From Spirogloea muscicola (taxonomy: Eukaryota): a stretch of DNA of 60,289 nt. The notes below the pieces were generated by a model. That model was not told where the DNA came from, searched no databases, and worked only from the letters and a program-made list of their open reading frames with translations. Location: NCBI GenBank assembly GCA_009602725.1, contig WELB01000009.1, positions 1,324,548-1,384,836 on the forward strand, given 5' to 3'. Position 1 is the first letter of the stretch. Each line of letters opens with the position of its first letter. Shown here piece by piece: positions 22,609 through 35,190 of this stretch. Both the position numbers and the translations under genes were made by a program.

Positions 22609-24629
22609 TTAATCAAATGGCAAATTTAACAAGAACAAGCTCATGTCAAAGTCTGAACAATATGGCAATCTCAATGGACGGAGTTCATGGGGCAAGGCCC
22701 TGACCTCTGTGCTAAAGCTAGCAGTGGATGCAGTTGGCCATGTATAATGAATATTGTCTGCTGCGCCCTCTTTAACATCCTCTTCTCTACTGACACTGAT
22801 GGGTGTCGTTTGAGATTTAGTTGGAGGCGAGGCATCTCGGCCCTGCTGATTACAAGCCATATAGGATTCCAGGTACAACCTTTTAGATTCAGGTAATTTC
22901 GGGTGTAAGTCCACACATAGCTCCTGCACTTTCATTGATCAGTCAAGTCTCTATATGTTTACTTCATGAGATCGAGGCCTTGGTGTTTCAGCAAGCGCTG
23001 TAATGCACATCTGGCGCCCGCAGCTACGGATTGTCAGCTATTCACTCATTAGTAGGAATGGTGCTGGAGAGAAAAGTGCAGTGCAAAGCATGCTGAGACA
23101 ACGAGACAATGTGACAATGAGACGACAATTGAAAAACTTGCAGTGCTCTTCAGCTCGGATGTGGAGTACATGGCTTACCAAGTCCAGGTACTGACATTCA
23201 GGCATCACTTCATCTTGCCGGCAGATTCCAGCACACGCTTCTGAGTAGGCTCGCTGTGAGACTGCATGCAACGGTCTGCTCTTCCACTTTCCATCTGGTC
23301 CCCTTTTGCCTGATACTTGATCTTCGCCCTGTGCTTTGGCCAGGTGCTTCGAAGGCGTTGAAATCGACCCAAGCGCGCGGTCATGAGTAGACCTTGCCTG
23401 CCACTTGTCCAGGGAAGGCTGGGCTTTCTTTGCACATAATTTGTACAGGATGACGTCAGCCTGTGATTCATCCACATGGCCCCACCCAGTAAGTAAGCTT
23501 CTGACTGTAGACAATTTATTCATGTAGCACTAGCAGTGATAGTAGTCAAAGCACAGTGCTCACTGGCTCCACAACGCAAAATTGTCATTCTGGAGCCTCA
23601 TTTTTTAACACAATTGAGGTAAAGAAGTACCAATCGAACTATATTTTCATGGGCATGAGGGCTCTGTATGGAGAAGGATAGCCAGTGGCAAAAGAAGAAT
23701 GCAAGCAGAGGAGTGATGCATCTGTGCACTGCAACCAAGACATGAGCTCCTGCTCTGCACATAATTTCAGCAAGAGGGTCAAGCATGGGATGGGAAGGTA
23801 CATACACCATGTGATGCTGACTGCCTTCCCTGCATGTCTTTGCTCGTCAACTCATACTCATACATTGTCCAATCATACGCCGTCCATGCATGCATCGAGT
23901 GATCACTCTGGGCAACCCCTTCCAACAAGTACTTGTAGGTTCTTCTTGTGCCTGTCATACCAGCAGACTGCACCTTAGCTGGTGTTCCTCCCGTGTTCTT
24001 CCAGCGGCCACCTCCTGCAGAGCGATCTGAGTCATTTGCTCGCCCGCTGCTGTTGTGCCACTTTGAGGTTGGAGAAGGGCTGAAGTAGTAAAAGGGATGA
24101 TCCCCTCGACAGTCTTTGGCTGCGCATTCCACAGCCAGATGTTTTGCTTGAGCTTGAGGGTGGAAACAGGGACACTGGATTACTGCTCACATTGAATAGC
24201 AGTGAAATCATAGAAATTGTGGGTGAGTCGGGGACAACGGGCCTGGGATAGGGAGTAGCAGTTTGTTACATAGGTACTGCCTTGGCACAAGCAAATGGTG
24301 TAGCAGAAAGAGCAATGCCAAGGACTGCACGCTGGCACGCAGTTGTGAATTGCAAGTGTAGCTATGCAATTAGTAAGAGACAGCATCTGTAGTCATGTGT
24401 CAACACGACCTGGCAGCAGCCAAGGGGGGCACTTGTAGACATTCTTAAACGGAATGAGCAGCGAAAGCACGGATCCTGTGTGGTGAATGCTTGGGCTATC
24501 AGCCAGGTACTCAAGCAGCTGTGCATCGCTGAATACAAGCTGAAGGCCTGGGACGCGTTGGCCTTGAAAGAGTGGGTGGGATGATTGCAGCTCTTTGCAG
24601 ATTTGGCAAACATCCGCCTGGTCGGTCAT
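22609..24629 (-). CDS. Divergent NAC-domain transcription factor; 3' end uncertain
   Basis: Exon 24629-24410 (PGLQLVFSDAQLLEYL..NVYKCPPWLLP), exon 24182-23806 (FYYFSP..RSAGGGRWKNTG..GTRRTYKY..WTMYEYEL) and an exon from 23460 (DVILYKLCAKK) match NAC subdomains A-E with the usual intron layout. The stop is at 23038 unless splicing continues into the 22935-22609 ORF. Confidence 0.72.
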
Positions 24630-25454
24630 CGCCGACTCTCTTTGACCACACCTGAAAAAGACGTGATGCAGAAGGGATACACACTCAGGGCTGGTATGTT
24701 TGGAGAGTTGGAGTCATACTCCTAGCTAGACCACTTCCCACTACTCTCCAGAGATATACTCGTATGATGTGCTGCCACATAGTAACGACAACATGTAGAG
24801 CCACATCAATCGATTGTTGATTGCAAGACAGAGAAGGTTAGATGTGCGATCGTAAGGCCAGCCCTCAAGTACATTTCTTGGATAAAGGAGTGCTTGCAGG
24901 CCAGCCCAGTAGCATTGTTCTAAGTGCGAGCTGGACGGCTTGAGCGACTGTCCAGGAGCAAGGTCAGACCTGAATCGAGCTGAAGGAGCCAGGTCGGGGC
25001 TGCGGAGCGCCGTGCCAAAGCCTGACGCCACAAGGTCGTGAGCCTCGGAGCCTCCTCTCGAACCGGCCGCAGCCTCAGCACTGACCGAGGCTGCGGAAAG
25101 CCGGACTCCCACCTTCGCCGCAGGCGGTCCGCCGCAGTGCCGCCAGGCCTCACTGGCTCCGGCGGCGGCAATGGCGGCGGCGGTGTCGGGCCAGGCGCCG
25201 GACTGTGGGCAGTGAAGGCCAGTCAGTGTGGGGCTCCCAGCCGGGCTCTCTTCCGTCGAGCTGGCGCGGGGGCGGCCTCGCGGCGCTGGCAACGGCGGCC
25301 GCGCAAGAGGCGGAGGGACGGAGTGCGGGGGCCTTGGTGGGGACCTCGGGCTGTGCTGCGGAGTCAAACGCACCTCGGGGGGCTGCTGGGAAGCAGAGAA
25401 GGCGCGCGCGGTGCGCATGGACTGACAGGGAGGCCAATCCCAAAGAACTGCTGA

Positions 25455-27480
25455 CAGTCAGTTGCAGCCAATGCAAGGCGATGGCCGTGAGAGGCCCGCT
25501 CGAAAGGTGGGCAGCCGCGAGGGTGCTCTTCGTCTATTTCTTCCTCGTCTGGGCGCGCGGGGGCTCGGGGCCGCGACGCCCTGGCGGGGCCTGTCCGCCA
25601 GGGCCGCCTCAAAGGCTCGTGGAAGGGGGGCGTCACTGCGCTCTCTCCCGCTCCGGTGGAACACGTTGGCTGGTGCTTCGCCTGACGGCGCTGGCGACTC
25701 CAGATTCTGCGACAACCGTCGCAGACAGCGGACCAGGCCTTCTGTCCAGGAACGAGAGAACTGACTCTCCCAATGGGGGCAAGGGCTGTGAAAAGCCAGC
25801 CCGAAAAGAATTGACAGAGGTTTCAAGGGGCCAAGGAGGATGGACCACTCAGTAGCTACGAGTGAGGAGCCTCAAATCCGACAGACTAGCTGCCACAGAA
25901 CTATCCCCCTGACGAAAGCTAGAGGCTGCAGCGAGAGCACGGCCAGCATGCAGATGCCCGCATCTCTGACCTGCGGCTGCTTAGCAGGGGTTACTGAGTG
26001 CTTCGTAGCACTCCGGCTCCTTCAGACATTGTCCATACCATTGGGCTGGCCTCTCCCAGCCACCAGTTATTTGGCTGCGCTTGCTGTTTGCAGCTGCTTA
26101 GTTTCTTTCTTGGTGCTTCCCCTGGCCCCTTGTCGTCCTTCGTTATTCTATTTTGTGCTGGCTTTCTCCAGCCCCTATTCTCAATGGGCGAGCCCTTCTT
26201 CTGAGGCTGCTCCATAGAGAAGGGCTCGCCCATTGAGGATAGGGGCTGGGATCAGCCAACCCCAAAAAGAAAGAACGAAGTACAAAAAGGGGCCAGGGGA
26301 AGCACTAACAAATTAAAGCACAATCAGTCAAAGCCCCTCGTCACCCACCTATGCGTCACCTACGCCAGCACAACAGGCCCATACTCGCTCATGTCAGGAA
26401 TGGCTGAGGCACTGGCCCATCAGACCTCGCAGACCCGATACTCGGAAACTACTTCCTACAACCTGCGGCTGCTCAACAGAGGATAGTGAGCACCCAGTGG
26501 CCTCTTGAGTTGGTGTGTGCTTTTGTGCTCTTCAGGCCCCTTCACACCTTGTTCATTCTCTTTCTGGGCTGGCCATTCACAGCCATCGCCGACTGATGGC
26601 GAGTCTTTCTTGCACAGCCATCGCCTTGCTTGGAGCCGTTAGCTTTGTCAACTGAGCGTCGAGTGAGCCAAGTGTTTGCTCGATCTTAGTCAACACAAAT
26701 TGACGTGGTATTTTGGGAAAATAGCGGGTCAGGTTGGGCGACCATCCGACTCAGCCTAGTAGGCCGCGGAAGCCTAACTGTAGAAGGGAGGCCCCAGCTT
26801 CGTAGCTGCTTTGTTTCTCTTTGTACTTGTCGTTCTTAGCACTTCCCCTGGCCCCCTTCTCGTACTTAACTTTTTGGGCTGGCTTTCCCAGCCCCATCCT
26901 CAGCGGGCGAGCCCTTTCTCCCAGCACGTCGGTCTATTCTGGGGCGATCACGCTGCTTTGTGCGCTCTGACATGGCTGCCACCCACCAAGGGTGCAATAT
27001 TGTGTGCGGCCAGGCGGAGCCTGTGCTAGTCCGGCTCTGTGTGCGGCCAGGTGGAGCCTGTGCTGTCTATGTGACAGTGTGCCTGATCTCTATGTGAGGT
27101 GGATCTGTGTGAGAGCGGAGCCTCAACTATCTGTGTGACAATGTGACCGATTTCTGTATGATGTCGGACTCCTGTGTGCCGTCATGGATCATTTGCGTCT
27201 GACCCGCTGAGACGAGGGCGGTCTGCTGGTCCTTCAAACAATGGGAAACGTCAAGTGGAGGACTCTGAGTGGAGGCGAGCGGATACTGTAGGAGCGGACA
27301 CTGTTAACAACAACAAACAAGAGAATAAGCAGGAGCAGCCGAGCAAAAGAGTTTTTCAAATACATCCTGCGGCCATGACCACGGTCCTTATGTAGGCTCC
27401 TTCCGGCTCCTCCTGGCCTTGCCCATCCTTTTGGGCTGATCTTTTCCAGCCCCTATCCTCTGGGGGTGAGCACTTCTCCT
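25455..27480. mobile_element. Cluster of CRE-like 3' fragments in both orientations, interspersed with other sequence
   Basis: LSRGY*/LNRG* ends, GGGCTGG..CCAGCCC hairpins and CT tails at ~25760-25950 (-), 25955-26200 (+), 26218-26320 (-), 26440-26620 (+), 26795-26920 (+) and 27390-27480 (+). Confidence 0.8.
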
Positions 27481-28489
27481 TATGTAGACTGCTCCAACTG
27501 CTACTGACTTGGCCAACACGCCTTCTCAAGTAAGCATACATACTTGCATCACCGCGCAAGCGAAGATCTGCAATATCAAGGAGCTATGAGATGGGACAGT
27601 GGCGTTGTAGGTGTCATATGTCAACCTGACTGCATCAAGAGATGGAGAATTGCTGAAAGGTTGTCTGGTAATTCAAGGACCTCGTGAATCTGGATCTATG
27701 AATTTGACTAGTGCAGAAAGAAGGACGTCTATCAACGTAGTCCAATGCTCCTGATCTCGCTCAACATAGTCCAAGCACAATCTGCTCCAATGGTCACACA
27801 TCAAGTTTCCAAAAGCCGTTGTTCCTGTGCTCTTCACCACCTTTTGCAGGATTTGCTAAGACTGATGCAATGAATGCCTCTGCAACTTCCTGCTCTTCAC
27901 CACCTTCTGAAGGTGTGTCTAGCCCCTGGGCAGGCACCAACAGAGAAGAACTAAAGAGACACCCACTTGCCATGTAGTCACAGCATCCATCACGTTCCTG
28001 CAGATATTTGTAGCTGAAGGCCACGCCAGGCACCTGCAGGCTGAGCAGTCTCTGCCTTCTCCTCAGGGACCTATAGTGGGCAACGCCCGCCACCTTCTGA
28101 GCAGTTGCATGCATGCTGGTTCCTACTCGGGCACACTTGCTAAAGATGGAGGTATCAACACCCTCTGTGCATGTAACTCATTCCTGCATGTCTTATTGCT
28201 CGGTCGAAATCGCACAGCCGGTGGCTGGCGGTAGCAGAAGTGGGAGGGCAGGTGAGCGCAGGCCGCAACCAAAGTCGGCATGATCCTTGTGTTGCAGCCA
28301 AGGTGTGGAGATGCAAAAGCGGTCTGCGGAAAGGACTACCTCATCACCCTGAACAGCCACTGCGCTCGTTGGGGAATGATCCAGGACAATGTTTCAACCA
28401 CACCAAGTGGATACTGCAGACTATGTACAGCTGACAAACGACGGCGCAAGAATGAGTCCTGAACACCGATTTAGTCACTTATGTCAACA

Positions 28490-28690
28490 TCTAGAGCTCG
28501 TCCACTTTCTGGTGCAAAGCATGAGCCTGAGCTCGCTGCAAACAGGCTGACACAAGAAGGTGCAAAATAGAAAGTTGTGCTTCAAGCCCATCTCCATCGG
28601 AAGCACATCCTCATGTCTTAGCAGTACTCTCTACCGGGGTGTGGAAACGAGGACCTATACGATCAATAATGTTGACTGCAGCTAGTAGGA
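28490..28690 (+). repeat. Copy of an unidentified degenerate dispersed repeat
   Basis: ctagagctcg..tttctggtgcaaagcatgag.ctgag..aaacaggctgacac..tggaaacgaggacct..gactgcagct aligns by eye with 50200-50415. Confidence 0.7.
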
Positions 28691-30302
28691 GGTACTTGCA
28701 GCAGGGTACGCATGGAAACATACTGCATAGCATGTCACATTGAAGATGAAAGCAGGTCAAGTAAATGACGACGGACAAGAATGACGGACAAGTAAAGTAG
28801 CCTTCTTAATTGACAGTGTTTTAGATTGTTTTTGGAATCAATGCTAGTGTGCAAGCAGGCTTCTTACCCTGGACATGACCCTTTCAATTTGGCATCACTC
28901 CGCATATCCAAGTGTGAGATTACCAGAGATGCGCTTACCAACACGACTGCAACCATAGTGGGATGACGGGAGAGCAGATGTTGGATGCGTTGCCTGTAAA
29001 GAGGAGGCTAAGGAAGCTTTTGTGCTCACTGAAGCACTCACTGTGCTTTCACAACCTCTCTAGCTGCCTGCAGAGGATACCCCCAACTCTCATAAACCTG
29101 TTTCAGAGACTCCTACAATGGTCTTAACACTGGGAGCATCCGTTGTCGATTCCTGCCTACCTGCACGCTTGCTATCCACTAGTTGTAAACACATCCCTTC
29201 TTCATCGAGTAGTGACCGCAAAGCCAATCTTAACTGCAAATAGACAAGCCTGCGAAAGTTCACCTTAACTGCGACGCTTGAACAGCCCCCAGTCTCCAGC
29301 CTCCATCTCCAATCGACACCTGTTAGCATGTTGTCCTTCCATACTGTCAGTACTCCCCCACTTCAGTGTCCTAGTAGCCTTAGAGCTTGTATTCCCCACG
29401 AAATATTTAGCCTGATGTTCAATTTACAAGTCCAGTGATCCTCAGCAAAGTTCCTGTGTGTGTCATTATGGTCTCCTGCCTTCCTTTTTCTTGACACCTT
29501 TTCTTGACAACCTATTCAAGGTCAAGTTGAGTCAAGTCATGTGTGAGCCTGTTGTGGTCATTGAAACGCAACACTTTCAAAGCTGAAGACCTAAAAGGTG
29601 GGACCTGGCTCAGAAGACCGTCCCGATCATCAACAATCAGTATGCGAAAGGCGGCTGCTTTTCTTCAGGGGCCGCTCTGAAAGCGAGCCGAGTGCATGAG
29701 GAGGAACTTTAGAGAGCATCTACACTATGTGGAGCTGCAGGCTGGGCAAATAGGGCCTCTCAATTACCCCCGTGTCAGCAACAGAATTTTAGATAAGCCG
29801 AAGGGAGGGAGGGGGACCTCCTATCAAGCCGACAAGTACACCTTGCCAAATTTTTTCGTAGGAGTAATACTGCCATTGTTGTGCTTAATAGCTGTTAGAC
29901 GTGACAGCTGTCTGACAGCTTATGTTTGCTGTTGTCGTGTATTATCGTGGTAGTCTTAGCAGTTTGACTGGTTGCAGGAGAGTGGAAGACTTTGCAAGCT
30001 CCATAAAAGCATGTAGTAGCTCAGGAAGAACTTGCTTGTGCCCATCGTTCTTGAATTGTGCTGACACTGTCAACAGACAACCTTCTCAAGAGTGTGTACA
30101 CTTGCTAGGCGGGAAAGCATTTGCTTGTAAGTGTTATGATTAGCTCTGCTTGCAGCTGCTAATAAGCAGCTGGCACTCTCTAGATTATTGAGGAATCATC
30201 GTAAGTCTAGTCAATACGAGCTCCAACTCCCCATCAAACAAATAAAGCTCAATGTACGAGATGGTCTCATCAGCTCATAGCTAGCCAACATCATAGGTCG
30301 TG

Positions 30303-31298
30303 TCAGTGACTATCCCTTGGGCATCTCTTATTCAGCATCTGAACTGTTGCATTGTACTGAACCTCGAAACTGTCATGAGCGATACTTAAGCCTGCCGGAG
30401 TGCATAGACAGGGAAACCAAGCCTGCAGCATTGCAGCCCACAATAGAATGTCAAACGTAGCTTTCAGTGTTGACATCCTTTGTCTGAAGACCCTAAAGCA
30501 GAGCGGAGCAATGGCAAGCAGGTAACCGGAACGGTTGAAAACCTTGGCTTGAGATAGATTGTCCAGGAAATCTCCTAGCACGATCTCAACTTTGTCAATA
30601 ACGGTGGAGGTGAATGGCAACTCATTATTGGCAAGGCAAGGCACAGACTGACCTGAAGGATTTTGTTGCATTCGTGGTCCAGGTCGATGATGCTATTTGT
30701 GAGTCTGCTTAGGGATAGATATGTCTCTAGGTCACCAATGCCACGTGAATGGTCTTTGACAGCGTCAATAGCTTGCAGCGCAGCTCGCTGCAGACACACT
30801 GCTTTCTTGCATACACCTGAAGTGGACTTCCAAGCCTCCATGATTTCGGCGCCAACCTCAGTAATGACCAAGATGAGCTGTCAAGTGAAGCCAAGAAGTT
30901 GTTGTGTAAACTGGTTGATGGAATGATTCAACCACATTGCTGCTGAAAACGAATCGACAATTGCTGAATGTGCAGACCTTGGCACGAACAATATCAATGC
31001 TGCGAACATAACCAGTTCCTTTCAAGAGCTCAAGCAATCCTCGCACATGCTAGGTCACGAGGCCGAGATGATGCAAGGCCCAGCCTTCGACACGAAAGGC
31101 TTGAAAGGGCATCAGCGCCCCACTCTTGCCTCGGCCACTAGCCAAGGACAAACAGACGAGCTGAGAAGTGAGCGCAACTGCAAAGAGAGGCTCGTTAGCG
31201 CGTACCGCGACGAGGTCGTGGCTGGTGGCGCTTGGCACGAACTCGACGACGTTAATGGCCGCGACCGCCGCGGACCTCGACAGCCTTCGACAGGCCAT
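30303..31298 (-). CDS. Possible spliced gene or pseudogene of unknown function (helical segments)
   Basis: Consecutive ORF pieces (VITEVGAEIMEAWK..HECNKILQ, DKVEIVLGDFLDNL..LLWAAMLQ) with plausible splice sites; no motif recognised. Confidence 0.25.
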
Positions 31299-31624
31299 CC
31301 GCGTAAGTGGGGAGGGTGCGGTGGCGGGGAGTCGGGCAACGGCCGCTTCCTGGGAGCTCGCCGCGGAAGTTGCTGGCGATGGACGCCATGGAGGCGGGCG
31401 GCGGCGCGCTTTGTAGCACACTGCCAGGGGGGCGCCACCGTTCTCCCGGCGCAGAGCTCGGCGGCCCGGCCTCCCGCCGGTCAGCGCTCCGTTGACCTCA
31501 CCCCCCGCCCGTTGACGCACGTCTTCGCCGCGAGAGAAAGTTGCGGGCGTCGCTGACGGCCCGCTTGCAAACGGTCACCACACTCAGGCGGGCGAGAAGC
31601 TCGCAGGGCGGTCCCGAGAGTAGA

Positions 31625-32815
31625 GAGCAGAAAGCGCGGCCAGATTGACAGAAACAGCTCTTCCATTGTAAGACAATGGCTGTGAGAGAAGTGGCTCTTC
31701 AATGGGGGCAAGGGCTGTAAGACGCCAGCCCATAAGGAATTGACAGGGATCGAAGTGGCTAAACCGGACCAAAGAAGTAGACAAGGCCTGAAAGAAGAAT
31801 GAGTCTTCCAGCCGAAGGCGATGGCTGTGATCTGAAAGGGTCTGAAAGGGCGAGAGAGGCTCCACTACACAGCCCGCGCCCCTTGATCAAAAGAGCTGTT
31901 GTCGATTGCTCTGGCTAACCAGAGAATTAGCGGACCGCCGTTATCAGCGGCGGGCTCGGCCACGGACCAGCCGGCGGGCATCGGCGTCAGATGACGGCCC
32001 GCATTAAGGTGCAGCAGACTGGCGGGCAGGGCCGCCCACACGCAGCAGAAATGCGACTTCTGCTGTGCGCGGCATCTGCACAGCAAGCACCCACGGCGGT
32101 GCCGCGACGACTCTCCGTGCCGCGGAGCTGGGAAAGAGGTGCCCACGGCGGCGCCGGCACCGGCCGTTGGCGGTGCTGCCGCCTGGCGCGCTCGTATTGG
32201 TTGCTCGGCGAGGGCCACGTGATTACATCCAGCTGAGTTCACCTGGCACGCTCTATTAGGCGCGAGGTGACGATATGGGGCAGAGCGTTTGAGTGGAAGC
32301 CCAATATGTGTCCACTTTCTTGGCCGGTTGCTTCCAGGAGAGGGCGCTGGCTGAGAGAGCCAGCCCAGAATGAAGAATGAACAAGGTTCGAAGGGGCCAG
32401 GGAAAGCGCGAAAGCACACAGGAAATCAGGTAGCTACGAAGCACTCAGTAACGCCCTATTGAGCAGCCGCGGGTGGGAGAAACAGGTCTCTGGGCAGCGG
32501 GTCCCTGGCCAGAGCCTTGGAGGCTCCTCCAGAAAGGAGGCAGGCGGTGGCTGAGGGCCAGTGCCAATGCTCTTCCAGGAGCTTGAAGGGGCTTGCTTGA
32601 CGAAGGGCTCGCTCATTGAGGATAGGGCTCGAAAAAGCCAGCCCAAAAAAGAGTTGACAAAGGACGAGAAGGTGCCAGGGGAACACAAGAAAAAGCTGAG
32701 CTGCTACGAAGGACTTACTTACCGCTGCTAAGCAGCCGCAGATCAGAGAAACTGGGTTCCTGGAAGCGGGTCCCCCGGCCAGAGCCAGAGGCAGCAGCGA
32801 GGGCTCTTCCGGCAG
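31625..32815 (-). mobile_element. CRE-like 3' fragments (~31625-31860 and ~32340-32815)
   Basis: Hairpin 3' UTRs and ORF ends (RLLNRAL, RALAAASGSG..DLRLLS). Confidence 0.75.
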
Positions 32816-34038
32816 CGAAGGGCTTTCCCTTGCTTAAGGGATCCTACATACTGAAGGAGCATCTTCTTCTGGGCCCACGCCGGTTCAGCACCCAGGCAGT
32901 AGTTCACCTGTGGTCACACGACATATATCATCAGTGCTTGGATCTGCTTTCAGCAAATAATAGTCGCCGCGTGGCTCCAGCTTTGGCGGCTCACTCCCGC
33001 ATCCGACACTCCTTCTGCAGTCACGGAGATTAAGGGTGTCGTAATGTCTGCGTCTTCCTAGCCATCTCAGACCTAGTACTGGGTTGCTTCTTGAGCTGCT
33101 TCTTACAGCCATCGCCTTTCCGAGGAAGAGCTGTTTGTTTTGCTTGCAGTCGCAGCGCTCAAGCGGCCTGTCCTCGCCTCGCGGTGCAGTGGATGGCCGG
33201 AGGGGTGGCAAAAGCGAAATGACGCCCACCCCGCAATAACCCCCCAACACACGCTCCCTCCCCCCTCCTCTTTGCCAACGGCAGTCAATGCCGAGCCAGC
33301 CAGCAGCCCTTGCCCCCCCCCTTGCCCATGCTCGGCAGCGCTGCCTGCGGCGCCACGGCCGCCGGTAGCGCATGCGCCGCCGCTCGCTGCTGGTAGCGGG
33401 CGCGCGGCGAGCCCCGAGCTCCGCCTCCATCCTAGGGCTGGCCGGCAGGCTCGTCGTGTAGCCTGCTTGCTGTAGTGAGCCCTTTGAGCGGTGGAGTTTT
33501 GTGCGCTCGCGCTCCAGACCAGAGTGCAGCCACATCAGGTGAATGTGTCCATCCAGCGACCGAGCCGGTGGCCAACTCGTTCAGCACAGGCCTCCTAGGC
33601 AGCCACTCGCTTCCGTGGACCATATTCCGGCCTTTGAGTGAGCTGTCTGCGGACATGTCAGTTCCTTTGAAGTCGTCCTTGTCTTGACCTTGCCGCCACC
33701 TTCCTTTGCTGACCTTCGCGCAGCTGAAACCTCACTTATACCAGTCTCGTCGGCTGAGCCCCTGAAGAACTCCTGAGGGGCTAAGTCTTGGTCGGGCGGG
33801 CTTCCTAGGCAGCTGACTAGCGCCAATCGTGACCTTTCTCCTGGTATGAGCAGCTGCTCAAGTGATCCTCTCCCTACTTGTCAAGCATGGGTTGCCCATT
33901 ACATAGGAAGAGAGTAGCTTGACACAGGTTGAGCTCTGAGTGACTAGCATTTCATAGGCTGTCAAATATTATCTTGACGACCTTTGTGACGCTTGTTGCC
34001 AATGCAGCCAGTGTCAGCAATAGTTTGATGCCCCAATT

Positions 34039-35190
34039 ATGGTGTGCCTGCGCTGCCACCACGTTTATCCAGGCCTTCAAGATGTTCTTAACAACAGAGG
34101 GATACCCCTGGGCAGCTCGTGGAGGCTCACGTTTGAACCCACTGATGTAGAGGCAATTCATTTGTTGAGAAGAAAACTTAACCCGCATAACCCGCAGGCA
34201 AGGCTTACTGTGGAGGAAAATGACTTGATTCCCGAGGTAAACGTGTACGTCGAAGAGCCTGCAAAAACTGGGCTCCATGGCGGTACGCACAGTCTCCTTC
34301 CACGTGGAACTCAATTGAATGTCATGTACTGCTGCATGATCTCACAGGACTGACCAGTAATGCGTAGCCTGTTCTCTTTAAGACTTATGCAGTGTCGGCT
34401 CAGTCCAAGTTTTGACCTTTGACCCCCACAAGTTGATGAATGACGGAGTGTTAGGGGCCTGCTATCAAGAAGATAGTGCTTTGTCCCAATTTGCAGCACA
34501 GCCTCCAATACCAACGTCTTGACTGACAAGAAACGTTATGCTCGATGAGAGACAGGTCAGGTGTGCTGTGGGGGCCATCCCTGGCATGTCTTTAGCCCTT
34601 TGAAATTTTGTACAGAAGGAGGCAGTAAATTTGACAGGAGCGTGGGTGACAATGGGAGATGGAGAGATCAGAGCGATTCTCATTACATTCATGACAACGA
34701 GAAGCGAATCTTTGGGAGAAAGAGCAATTTTAAATACATTACTGGAAATGACCAATTGACAGAGTGGAGGATGTGGGAGTATGTTGTGCCAAGGCCAGAT
34801 TGTGAGAGACGTTTTGTAGCTGATGTAGGTCTCAGCTGCTCTGGATGCCCATGATTATGACCTTACGAAATATGCATGGGCAGTACACCACCCTCAGTTG
34901 CGTGCATGGTCAGGCTTTTGCAAGGCAAGCACCTGCGCATTGCAGATGCCAGTTCCTCGACTATAGATTCTGTGATGCCTCAATGTGCAGCATCTTGTCG
35001 TGCATGCTGATACAAGCCTCTCACTCTTTACACTTTCACTGTGCAGCCCACCTGGGCACTGTGCAAGGTGTATGATGAGTCCGAGCATCTTCACCAGCAC
35101 AATCTGAAACCCCATCTTTTCATAGACTGGAATGCACTTCAAATTTTAGATTTAGAAATTATGAACCAAGATTACAGGGACAATTTGTGA
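34039..35190 (+). CDS. Divergent NAC-domain transcription factor (3 exons)
   Basis: Exon 34039-34282 (LTFEPTDVEAIHLLRRKL..LIPEVNVYVEEP), exon 34556-34824 (WHVFSP..RSVGDNGRWR..IFGRKSNFKY..TEWRMWEY) and exon 35047-35190 (PTWALCKVY..stop). Boundaries are GT-AG and phases are compatible. Confidence 0.8.

Noticed and set aside
27000..27190. Degenerate tgtgtg..ggagcc tandem units, as a possible CRISPR array or B-box remnant
   Set aside because: The period is irregular, there are no unique spacers or cas genes, the context is eukaryotic and no consistent frame exists.
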